From: Candidatus Faecalibacterium faecipullorum
GTDB taxonomy: Bacteria > Bacillota > Clostridia > Oscillospirales > Ruminococcaceae
Direction: 5' to 3'
NCBI GenBank assembly: GCA_019118985.1
Contig: DWXX01000080.1
Location: 1-49,784 of the forward strand
Length of the DNA stretch: 49,784 nucleotides
The position numbers and the translations under genes are program-made. This document shows positions 1 to 7,655 of the stretch, piece after piece. The notes under the pieces are model-generated. The model searched no databases, was not told where the DNA came from, and was given only the letters and a program-made list of their open reading frames with translations. The stretch's first letter is position 1; each line of letters opens with the position of its first letter.

Positions 1-111
1 GTACCCCAGCGCGGCGGCCACATCCCTGCCCACCAGCCAGGGTTCGCCCTCCACTTCCACGGTGCGCACCGTGCCGAAGGCGGGGTTTTCAAATACGGTC
101 AGGTTCTGCAT
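1..111 (-). CDS. BRO-N domain protein (phage antirepressor family), 5' part only; runs off the window edge
   Basis: Not in the ORF track. The minus strand from ATG at 111 reads MQNLTVFENPAFGTVRTVEVEGEPWLVGRDVAAALGY, the typical BRO-N start (F.N..FG.VRTV...GEPW.VG.DVA.ALGY). SD-like AAAGGA about 9 nt upstream. Confidence 0.9.
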   Translation of the reverse strand, partial: MQNLTVFENPAFGTVRTVEVEGEPWLVGRDVAAALGY

Positions 112-166
112 AGACTTGCTTCCTTTCTTTGGGCCCCTGTGCGGGGCGGTTTGTGTTTGCAAGCCC

Positions 167-175
167 ATGATACCA
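167..175 (-). promoter_or_regulatory. Extended -10 (TGgTATCAT) for the BRO gene, with no consensus -35
   Basis: Minus strand TGG-TATCAT at 175-167. The -35 position (190-195) is occupied by the first GTAC box of the repeat array. Confidence 0.5.
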
Positions 176-186
176 CCCCCCAGAGC

Positions 187-305
187 GTACTTCCGGTACT
201 TTGCGTACTTTTTAGAGTATGGGTATTTCCGGTAAAACGCCCTCAAAACGGGCGAATTACCCAAACTACACCCTTTCCCAAAAGTACCGAAAGTACCCGA
301 ACTAC
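187..305. repeat. Imperfect 56-bp inverted repeat with 7-nt spacer, built from 9-bp-period GTA(C)/TAC boxes
   Basis: Left arm 187-242 has GTA at 187, 196, 205, 223, 232. Right arm 250-305 has TAC ending at 260, 269, 287, 296, 305. The arms align without gaps around centre 246. Confidence 0.85.
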
Positions 306-376
306 CCACAGCAAAACCCCCGCCTTTCCTTGATCTTTGACCGCCTCGCGGGAGTAGTCCCATTTGCCGCAGGCGC

Positions 377-405
377 AAAAAAGCCCGCCGGGCGGCCCGG
401 CGGGC
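377..405 (-). terminator. Rho-independent terminator of the amino-acid ABC operon
   Basis: GCCCGCCGGG-CCG-CCCGGCGGGC followed by T6 on the minus strand, just past the ATPase stop. Confidence 0.85.
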
Positions 406-422
406 GGTGGGGCGGCTGGGCC

Positions 423-1163
423 TCAGCGCTCGCGGAAGCGGCTGAGGAACTCGACCGTTTTGGGGTTCTGCGGGTGGTCGAAGATGTCGGCGGGGGCGCC
501 CTCCTCGGCGATGACGCCGTCGGCCATGTAGACGACGCGGCTGGAGACGTCCCTGGCAAAGGCCATCTCGTGGGTGACCACGATCATGGTCAGGCCGGCG
601 GCGGCCAGGCGGCGCATGACCGCCAGCACCTCGCCCACCATCTGCGGGTCAAGGGCGGAGGTCGGCTCGTCGAACAGCAGTACCTCCGGCTGCATGGACA
701 GCGCCCGGGCGATGGCCACCCGCTGCTTCTGCCCGCCCGACAGCTGCCGGGGGCGGGCGTGGATGTAGGGGGCCATGCCGACCTTTTCGAGGTTTTCAAG
801 GGCGGTCTTTCGGGCCGTCTCCTTGTCCTGGCGCAGGACGCAGCGCAGGCCGGCGGTGCAGTTTTCCAGCACCGTCATGTTGTTGAACAGGTTGAAGGAC
901 TGGAACACCATCCCCACCCGGGCGCGGTAGCCGCAGGGGTCGAAGCCGCGGGCGGTGATGTCCTGCCCGTGGAAGAGGATGGACCCGGCGGTGGGGGTCT
1001 CCAGCAGGTTGATGCAGCGCAGCAGGGTCGATTTGCCCGAGCCGGACGCGCCGATGACGCAGGTGACGTCCCCCGGGCTGACGGTGAAGTCGACGTCCCG
1101 CAGCACCACATGGGTGCCGAAGCTCTTGGACAGGTGGCGCACTTCAATGATGGGTTCAGACAT
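423..1163 (-). CDS. Polar amino acid ABC transporter ATP-binding protein (GlnQ/ArtP-like)
   Basis: Walker [28 protein letters not shown] signature, [17 protein letters not shown]. Confidence 0.95.
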   Translation of the reverse strand: MSEPIIEVRHLSKSFGTHVVLRDVDFTVSPGDVTCVIGASGSGKSTLLRCINLLETPTAGSILFHGQDITARGFDPCGYRARVGMVFQSFNLFNNMTVLENCTAGLRCVLRQDKETARKTALENLEKVGMAPYIHARPRQLSGGQKQRVAIARALSMQPEVLLFDEPTSALDPQMVGEVLAVMRRLAAAGLTMIVVTHEMAFARDVSSRVVYMADGVIAEEGAPADIFDHPQNPKTVEFLSRFRER

Positions 1164-1980
1164 GGCTGGCGCCCTCCTTCATATCGAGATTCTGGGACGC
1201 ATGGTCGGGGGCGGGGGCGTTGTACATCCCGCTGGTGTAAGCGAGGGTGTCGGTGGTGTCGAGGTCGTAGTTCATGGGGCCGTCCAGCTTTTTCTCCCAC
1301 AGGCGCAGCAGATAGCTGGAGACCAGGGTCATGGTCAGGTAGATCAGCATGACCAGGGTGGCGCTCTGGAAATAGGTGTACTCGGCGCCCACCACGCTCT
1401 TGTGGACAAAGAACAGGTCGGTGATCGAGATGACCGACAGCACCGAGGTGTCCTTGATGTTGATGATGAAGTTGTTGCCGATCTGGGGCACGATGTTGCG
1501 CAGCGCCTGCGGCATGATGACGTGCAGCATGGTCTGCCAGTGGGTCATGCCGATGGCCATGGCGCCCTCGGTCTGCCCGGGGTCGATGGAGACGATGCCG
1601 CCGCGGACCGTCTCGGCCATGTACGCGCCGGTGTTGATGGATACGATCAGGAAGCCGGCCGTCCACATCTCGAGGTGGAGGTCAAAGGCGTACATCAGGC
1701 CGTAGTAGATGAACACCGCCTGGATCATCATGGGGGTGCCGCGGAACAGCTCGACATAGCACCGCAGCAGCCCCCGCAGCCCCCGCAGGGGGATGCGCTT
1801 GCACAGCGGGTCCCGCTGCGGGTCGATGGGGATGGTCTGCAAAACGCCCACCGCAAAGCCGATCAGGCAGCCGATCAGGGTGCCCACCAGCGCCAGCAGC
1901 AGGGTGGTGCCCGCGCCGCGCAGGTAGGACGGGCCGTACTCTGCCAGCAGGGCGGCGCACTCGTTCAGAAATGTGTACAT
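1156..1980 (-). CDS. Polar amino acid ABC transporter permease
   Basis: [45 protein letters not shown] motifs; hydrophobic segments. Confidence 0.95.
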   Translation of the reverse strand: MYTFLNECAALLAEYGPSYLRGAGTTLLLALVGTLIGCLIGFAVGVLQTIPIDPQRDPLCKRIPLRGLRGLLRCYVELFRGTPMMIQAVFIYYGLMYAFDLHLEMWTAGFLIVSINTGAYMAETVRGGIVSIDPGQTEGAMAIGMTHWQTMLHVIMPQALRNIVPQIGNNFIINIKDTSVLSVISITDLFFVHKSVVGAEYTYFQSATLVMLIYLTMTLVSSYLLRLWEKKLDGPMNYDLDTTDTLAYTSGMYNAPAPDHASQNLDMKEGASHV

Positions 1981-2012
1981 GGGGACAAACTCCTTTGGTC
2001 AGGGGGCGGGGC

Positions 2013-2879
2013 TTATTCGCTCAAAGGCTGGACCGAGATGGCCTCGTCCATCATGGCGTTGTAGTCGTCGGTGGTCATAGCGGCGAGCACCTCGTTGATG
2101 GCGTCCTTGAGGGCGGTGTTGCCCTTCTTCATCGAGATGCCGATGTTGATCTCCTCCTCGCTGACGGCAAAGTCGTCATCGCCGCCGCCGAAGTCCAGCA
2201 TCACAAAGTCGGGGTAGGCCACCAGCGCCGCCTGGGCGGTGGGCCGGTCGGTCACCACCACGTCCACGGCGCCGCTGTCCAGGGCCACCAGCATGGCGGG
2301 GGCGGTCTCCTGCGCGGGCAGGATGTCGGCGTTTTCGATCTGGGGCAGGCAGATGTCGTACCAGATGGTGCCCAGCTGGCTGGTGCAGGTGGCGCCGGCC
2401 AGGTCGGCCACGCCGGCGGCGGCCGCGTAGGGGCTGTCCTTCTTGACCAGGGTGACGATGGAGGCGTAGTAGTACGGGTCAGAGAAGTCTACCTGCTCGG
2501 CCCGCTTGCTGGTGATGGACTGGCCGGCGATGACGCAGTCCACATCCCCGGACTGGACGGCGGGGACCAGGCTGTCCCAGTCCAGCTTGACGATCTGGAC
2601 TTCCTGGCCGAGGGCCTCGCCGATCTTCTTGGCCATCATGACGTCGTAGCCGTAGGCGTAGTCGCTGGAGTTGCGGATCTGCACCGCGCCGTTCGCGTCG
2701 TCGGTCTGGGTCCAGTTGTAGGGGGCGTAGGCGCACTCCATAGCCACCGTCAGGACGGCGGGGTCGCCGTCGCCGTCGGGCAGGGCAGTGTCGGCCGAGC
2801 TGGCCGAGCCGCCGCAGCCCACAAGGCCCGCCATGGCCGCGAGGGCCAGGCAGAGGGCAGTCAGTTTCATCTTTTTCAT
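2013..2879 (-). CDS. Amino acid ABC transporter substrate-binding lipoprotein (SBP family 3)
   Basis: Lipobox LVGC after signal peptide; MECAYAPYNW, GYDV, WDSLVPAVQSG, AGQSIT..R, DFSDPYY. Confidence 0.93.
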   Translation of the reverse strand: MKKMKLTALCLALAAMAGLVGCGGSASSADTALPDGDGDPAVLTVAMECAYAPYNWTQTDDANGAVQIRNSSDYAYGYDVMMAKKIGEALGQEVQIVKLDWDSLVPAVQSGDVDCVIAGQSITSKRAEQVDFSDPYYYASIVTLVKKDSPYAAAAGVADLAGATCTSQLGTIWYDICLPQIENADILPAQETAPAMLVALDSGAVDVVVTDRPTAQAALVAYPDFVMLDFGGGDDDFAVSEEEINIGISMKKGNTALKDAINEVLAAMTTDDYNAMMDEAISVQPLSE

Positions 2880-2937
2880 CGTTCAAGTCTCCTTTTTTCC
2901 CAAAAACCCTTCTGATTGACAAGCGTGGTCTTGAAGT

Positions 2938-2966
2938 ATTGTATTCATCTATAATATATTTGTCAA
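2938..2966 (-). promoter_or_regulatory. SigA promoter of the ABC operon
   Basis: TTGACA-17 bp-TACAAT on the minus strand. Confidence 0.8.
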
Positions 2967-3007
2967 GTGGAAATCAACAGGATACCGCGCTTCACCGCCC
3001 GCAGCGA

Positions 3008-3036
3008 TTGACAAACCGCCCCCGAGTGGGTAAACT
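3008..3036 (+). promoter_or_regulatory. SigA promoter of gltX
   Basis: TTGACA-17 bp-TAAACT. Confidence 0.75.
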
Positions 3037-3092
3037 AAAGCTGTCTTTGTGAATCACGCCGTCTTTGCGGCGCCGTATATGAGGAGAGCATC

Positions 3093-4574
3093 ATGGAAGA
3101 AAAGAAAGTACGCACCCGGTTCGCCCCGTCGCCCACCGGGTATATGCATGTGGGCAACCTGCGCACCGCCCTCTACGCCTACCTGACCGCCAAGCACGCG
3201 GGGGGCACCTTCATCCTGCGGATCGAGGATACCGACCAGGAGCGGTACGTCGACGGCGCGGTGGACGTCATCTACGACACCTGCCGGGAGGCCGGCCTGC
3301 TGTGGGACGAGGGCCCCGACGTCGGCGGCCCGGTGGGCCCCTATGTCCAGAGCGAGCGGATGGGCCTGTTCAAGCAGTACGCCGAGCAGCTGGTGGCCGA
3401 CGGCAAGGCCTACTACTGCTTTTGCACCAACGAGCGGCTGGACGCTCTGCACGCCGAGCAGCGCGCCCGGGGCGAGATGACCCACTACGACGGCTGCTGC
3501 CGCGACCTGCCCCCCGAGGAGGTCAAAGCCCGCCTGGCCGCCGGCGAGCCCTACGTCATCCGGCAGAAGATCCCCCGCACCGGGGTCACCGGCTTTGACG
3601 ACCTGGTCTACGGCCACATCGAGGTCAACAACAGCGAGATGGACGACCAGATCCTCATCAAGAGCGACGGGATGCCCACCTACAACTTTGCCAACGTGGT
3701 GGACGACCACCTGATGGGGATCACCCACGTCATCCGCGGCAGCGAGTACCTGTCCTCCACCCCGAAGTACAATCTGCTGTACGAGGCCTTCGGGTGGGAG
3801 ATACCGGCCTACATCCACTGCCCCCCGGTGATGAAGGACGCGCAGAACAAGCTGTCCAAGCGCAACGGCGACGCCAGCTACCAGGACCTGATCGCCAAGG
3901 GGTGCCTGCCCCAGGCCATCCTGAACTATATCTGCCTGCTGGGCTGGAGCCCCAAAGGCGAATACGCCGAGCGGGAGATCTTCACCCTGCCCGAGCTGGT
4001 CGAGATCTGGGACCCTGCCGGCATCTCGAAGTCCCCGGCCATCTTTGACCCCCTCAAGCTGCGGGCCATCAACGCCGAGTATATCCGCCGGCTCACCCCC
4101 GAGGAGTTTGCCGCCAAGGCCGGCCCCTGGATCGATCAGGCGGTGCACTGCCCCGTCAACAAGGCGCTGCTGTGCGCCAACCTCCAGCCCCGGTGCGAGA
4201 TGTTCAGCGACATCCCGCCGCAGATCGACTTTTTCGACGCCCTGCCCGACTACGACCTGAGCCTGTATGCCAACAAAAAGCAGAAGACCACCCCCGCCTC
4301 GGCCCTGGAAGCCCTGACCGCCCTGGAGCTGCTGCTCTCGGACGAGGGGACCGACTACGCCGACCGGGACGGCCTGTTCGACGCCTGCAAGGCCCTGGCC
4401 GAGCGGATGGAGCACAAGAACGGCTGGCTGCTCTACCCGCTGGGCATCGCCCTGTCGGGCAAGCAGCGCACCCCCGGCGGCGGGGTGGACCTGGCCTGCA
4501 TGATGGGCCGTGAAAAGACGGTGGAGCGGCTGCACGCCGCCATCGCCCGGCTGCGCGATGCCGCCGAGGCGTAA
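3093..4574 (+). CDS. gltX: Glutamate--tRNA ligase
   Basis: RTRFAPSPTG, HVGN (HIGH), LRIEDTD, KLSKR (KMSKS); SD GAGGAG. Confidence 0.97.
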   Translation: MEEKKVRTRFAPSPTGYMHVGNLRTALYAYLTAKHAGGTFILRIEDTDQERYVDGAVDVIYDTCREAGLLWDEGPDVGGPVGPYVQSERMGLFKQYAEQLVADGKAYYCFCTNERLDALHAEQRARGEMTHYDGCCRDLPPEEVKARLAAGEPYVIRQKIPRTGVTGFDDLVYGHIEVNNSEMDDQILIKSDGMPTYNFANVVDDHLMGITHVIRGSEYLSSTPKYNLLYEAFGWEIPAYIHCPPVMKDAQNKLSKRNGDASYQDLIAKGCLPQAILNYICLLGWSPKGEYAEREIFTLPELVEIWDPAGISKSPAIFDPLKLRAINAEYIRRLTPEEFAAKAGPWIDQAVHCPVNKALLCANLQPRCEMFSDIPPQIDFFDALPDYDLSLYANKKQKTTPASALEALTALELLLSDEGTDYADRDGLFDACKALAERMEHKNGWLLYPLGIALSGKQRTPGGGVDLACMMGREKTVERLHAAIARLRDAAEA

Positions 4575-4603
4575 TATATTCCCCTGCGCTGACAGACACA
4601 GAC

Positions 4604-4647
4604 AAAGATCCCCCCGCGGCGGAAAAACGCTGCGGGGGGATCTTTTT
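4604..4647 (+). terminator. Rho-independent terminator after gltX
   Basis: AAAGATCCCCCCGCGGCG / CGCTGCGGGGGGATCTTT stem followed by a T run. Confidence 0.85.
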
Positions 4648-4673
4648 GGCTTGTTTGGTCTGGTTTTGGCGCT

Positions 4674-4716
4674 GTCGCCTTCTGCGGCAAAAAGCGCGGC
4701 GCGGCCCTGCTAGAGT
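4674..4716 (+). promoter_or_regulatory. Possible Spo0A-activated promoter of spoIIE
   Basis: TGCGGCA (4683-4689) is one mismatch from the reverse 0A box TTCGNCA and lies 21 bp before TAGAGT (4711-4716, preceded by TG); a weaker box at 4674-4680. Resembles the long-spacer layout of the B. subtilis spoIIE/spoIIG promoters. Confidence 0.35.
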
Positions 4717-4766
4717 ATATGCACAGGCCATCGCGGCGATGCATCAACAGTCAGGGGGCGTATTGT

Positions 4767-7091
4767 ATGGAAAAAAGTTTTGCAGGGAAAATGGGCCCTG
4801 GGCAGGCCGGCGGGCTGTCGGTCGCCCTTGCGCCGGACGCCGGGCGGGACACCCTCGACCGGCGGGGCCGGCTGCGGGCGGCGGGGCGGCAGGTGTTCGG
4901 CCTGGCGGCGGGGGCCGCCGGGGGCTGGGCGGTGCTGTACGGGCAGCTGTGCCCCCTGGGGCTGGCCATGGTGCTGGGCCTCGGGGAGGACTGCTTTGCC
5001 GCGGCGGCGGCCGGCGCGGTGCTGGCCATGCTGGGCCGCGGGCTGGGGGTGCGGGCGGTCTGCCTGCTCTGCGCCGTGGGGGGCGCGGTGGCGGTGCGGT
5101 GGCTCTGCCCGGGGCGGTACGGGCCGGCGGCGGGGGGCGCCTGCGCCCTGCTGATGGGCAGCGCCCTGTGCTTCAAGGGGTACATCGGCGGGGACGGGCT
5201 GCTGTTCGCCGGGGCGGACGCGGCGGTGGCGGCGGCGCTGGGGCTGGCGCTGCGCCGCTTCCCGCCCGAACGGCCGGGCGCGGGGCGTCTGGTGCTGCTG
5301 GGCTGCTTTGCGGCGGCGCTGGGCTCTTTCGGCTTTGCGGGGCCGGCGGTGGCGGGCGGGCCGCTGGCTTTCAACCTGGGCCTTGCCGCGGCGGCGGCCT
5401 GCGCGCTGGCCATGGCCTGCCGGGGCGGGGGGCAGAACGCCCTTGCCGGGGCGGCCGCGATGGCCGCCGGCCTGTGCTGCGCCGACGTGTCGCTGGCGGG
5501 CGGGGCGGCGGGGCTGTGCTGCGGCGCGGCCTTTGCCCTGCTGCCGCCGGGGGACAGGCTGGTCAGCGCCGCCCTCTGCGCCGCCGGCGCGCTGAGCGCC
5601 ATCCTGGCGGTGCAGCCGCCCGGGGCTGCCTTTGGGCAGATGGCGTCGGTGGGGGCGGGGCTTGTTTGCTGCCTGCTGGCGCCCCGCCGCCTGCTGCTGC
5701 GGGACGCCGCCCCCGGCGACGCTTTGCCGGCGCAGCGGCCGCAGCTGTCGGCGGCGGCCACAAGGCTGAACGCCGCGGCCGAGAGCCTGTCCTCCCTGGC
5801 GGACACCGTCAATAAGGTGTACGAGGGGCTGCCCCGCCGGCAGGAGGGCTGGCGCTGGGTCATCGACGCCACCCACGACGCGCTGTGCGCCAACTGCGGC
5901 CGCCGGGAAGAATGCTGGAAGGCGGAGTACGCCGTCACCATGGCCGGCTTTGAGGCGCTGCGCCCCATCCTGGAGGAAAAGCAGCAGGCCGGCACCCAGG
6001 ACCTGCCGGGGCAGCTGTCCCGCTGCATCCACCCGGCGGCGCTGTCGGGGACGGTGACCCGCACCTTCGCCCTCTACAAGAGCCGGCAGGAGGCGCGGGT
6101 CCACGCCGAGGCCATGCGCACCGCCCTGACCGAGCAGTACAGCGCGGTGGCCCAGGCCCTCAGCGCGTTGGGCGACCAGCTGGGCAGCCCCGGCAGCCCC
6201 GAGCCCTACAAGTCGGGGCGGGTGGCGGCCTTCTTCACCTCGCTGGGGATGCCGCCCCTCGAGTGCGCCGTCACCCTGGACGACCTGGGCCGCACCCGGG
6301 CGGCGGTCACTCTGCCGCGGGCCCGGCTGGGGCAGGGGGAGCTGGCGGCCCTGGCAGGGGAGGTGGGCCGGCTGTGCCGCCGCAGCTTCGAGACGCCCCA
6401 GCGGCTGAACTGCAGGGGGGTGACCACCCTGCTGTTCACCGAAAAGCCGCTGCTGCGGGCCGTCTTTGGCTGGGCGGGGGCGGCAGCCCGCGGGGAGGTG
6501 TCGGGGGACGCGGTGCAGCAGTTCTGCAGCCCCACCGCCGCGCAGATGATCCTCTGCGACGGGATGGGCACCGGCCGCCCCGCCGCGGTGGACGGCAACC
6601 TGGCCGCCGACCTGACCGGGCGGCTGCTGCGGGCGGGCTTTGCCGCCGAGCTGGCCGCCCGGCTGGTCAACGTGGCCCTCGCCCTCAAAAGCGAGGAGGA
6701 GGGCGGGGCGACCCTCGACCTGCTCAGCGTCGACCTCTACACCGGGACGGCCCGCGTCTTCAAGGCGGGGGCGGCCCCCGGCTTCATCGTCCACGAGGGC
6801 AAGGCCCGCACGGTGGGGGAGGCCGGGCTGCCGGTGGGGGTGCTGGGGGACGTCAACGGGCAGAGCAGGCTGGTCCGGCTGGCCGCCGGGGATGTGGCGG
6901 TGCTGGTGTCGGACGGGCTGCTGGTGGACGGCCCCGGCTGGGTGCTCAAGCAGCTGGAACTGTCGGCCGCCGCCGGTGACGGCCCCGAACAGATCGCCCG
7001 CACCCTGGTGGACACCGCCCGCGGCCGCGCCGACAAGACGGGGCGGGCCGACGACATCACCGCCGCCGTCCTCCGGCTGGAGCGGTATTAG
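4767..7091 (+). CDS. spoIIE: Stage II sporulation protein E (membrane PP2C-type phosphatase)
   Basis: Multi-TM N-terminus; central CANC...CW motif; C-terminal PP2C motifs SGD, CDGMGTG, ATLDL, SDG, DDIT. Start moved to ATG 4767 after AGGGGG. Confidence 0.85.
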   Translation: MEKSFAGKMGPGQAGGLSVALAPDAGRDTLDRRGRLRAAGRQVFGLAAGAAGGWAVLYGQLCPLGLAMVLGLGEDCFAAAAAGAVLAMLGRGLGVRAVCLLCAVGGAVAVRWLCPGRYGPAAGGACALLMGSALCFKGYIGGDGLLFAGADAAVAAALGLALRRFPPERPGAGRLVLLGCFAAALGSFGFAGPAVAGGPLAFNLGLAAAAACALAMACRGGGQNALAGAAAMAAGLCCADVSLAGGAAGLCCGAAFALLPPGDRLVSAALCAAGALSAILAVQPPGAAFGQMASVGAGLVCCLLAPRRLLLRDAAPGDALPAQRPQLSAAATRLNAAAESLSSLADTVNKVYEGLPRRQEGWRWVIDATHDALCANCGRREECWKAEYAVTMAGFEALRPILEEKQQAGTQDLPGQLSRCIHPAALSGTVTRTFALYKSRQEARVHAEAMRTALTEQYSAVAQALSALGDQLGSPGSPEPYKSGRVAAFFTSLGMPPLECAVTLDDLGRTRAAVTLPRARLGQGELAALAGEVGRLCRRSFETPQRLNCRGVTTLLFTEKPLLRAVFGWAGAAARGEVSGDAVQQFCSPTAAQMILCDGMGTGRPAAVDGNLAADLTGRLLRAGFAAELAARLVNVALALKSEEEGGATLDLLSVDLYTGTARVFKAGAAPGFIVHEGKARTVGEAGLPVGVLGDVNGQSRLVRLAAGDVAVLVSDGLLVDGPGWVLKQLELSAAAGDGPEQIARTLVDTARGRADKTGRADDITAAVLRLERY

Positions 7092-7118
7092 CCGCCCGCC
7101 AAACCGTCAGGACAAAAC

Positions 7119-7152
7119 AAGGGCCCGCCGCGGCAAAACGGCAGGCCCTTTT
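7119..7152. terminator. Bidirectional terminator between spoIIE and the small convergent ORF
   Basis: AAGGGCCCGCCG...CGGCAGGCCCTT stem flanked by A and T runs. Confidence 0.7.
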
Positions 7153-7182
7153 CGGGTTGGGGGATGCAAAGGCGGGGGCGGC

Positions 7183-7323
7183 TCAGGCTTCGGCGCCGCC
7201 CTCTTCGCCGCCGTAGATGTGGATATAGTGGGGGGCGTTTTTGGCCTGGCAGAACAGCAGCAGCGCCGTGGCGGCGACCGCCAGCGCGGTGAGGGTAACA
7301 AGCAGTGCCTTGAGAACTTTCAT
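7183..7323 (-). CDS. Small 46-aa single-pass membrane/secreted protein
   Basis: Not in the ORF track: MKVLKALLVTLTALAVAATALLLFCQAKNAPHYIHIYGGEEGGAEA. SD AAGGAGG 7 nt upstream; own promoter and terminator. Confidence 0.75.
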   Translation of the reverse strand: MKVLKALLVTLTALAVAATALLLFCQAKNAPHYIHIYGGEEGGAEA

Positions 7324-7410
7324 GTCGGGACCTCCTTATGGGTGAAGGGCGGGCGCGCGGCAGATGCGCCCGCCGTGCGTTCCTCTCGGAGCGGGGTGGT
7401 AAGTACCTAT

Positions 7411-7439
7411 AGTATAGCATACTCGGCCGCGGTCTGCAA
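7411..7439 (-). promoter_or_regulatory. SigA promoter of the 46-aa ORF
   Basis: TTGCAG-17 bp-TATACT with TG extension. Confidence 0.7.
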
Positions 7440-7509
7440 AGGCCAAAATAGGGAACTTGGACAAAGGTTAGCAAGATTTAACGCCGAAAAACTTTCATCT
7501 TCATCAAAA

Positions 7510-7554
7510 TTTTGACCACTTTGGCGTTGACTTAAACCGGGGAAATGATACAAT
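7510..7554 (+). promoter_or_regulatory. rnf promoter with upstream TTTTGACCACTTTGGC motif
   Basis: TTGACT(7527)-16 bp-TACAAT(7549) with TG extension. The motif at 7510-7525 recurs at the ackA promoter. Confidence 0.7.
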
Positions 7555-7655
7555 AAAATATATCAGCAAGTACAGCCGCGGTTTCGTTGCGCCTTTTTGC
7601 CGGCGCGGGGAGAAGCGCCGCGGCGCAAACCAATGAATGGGGGATTGTATAGTTC

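Noticed and set aside
210-219. TACTCTAAAA on the minus strand here also occurs at 47849 and 47949, suggesting inverted ends of a 47-kb element
   Set aside because: Only 10 bp, noticed after the fact in AT-rich spacers, and the enclosed DNA is core genome; treated as probable coincidence.
187-305. Array as a CRISPR locus
   Set aside because: Units are 9 bp with no unique spacers, the layout is mirror-symmetric, and no cas genes are present.
139-1352. Plus-strand ORFs 139-333 and 219-1352, with Tyr every third residue (NYPNY..KYRKYPNY)
   Set aside because: The periodicity is the 9-bp DNA array read in frame; the rest is antisense to the ABC ATPase, with no SD or family motif.
2931-2948. ARG-box-like sequence in the ABC promoter
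   Set aside because: Only the ATTCA half matches at correct spacing; too weak to call ArgR control.
3037-3092. T-box leader before gltX
   Set aside because: Leader is only about 50 nt and has no T-box consensus or terminator.
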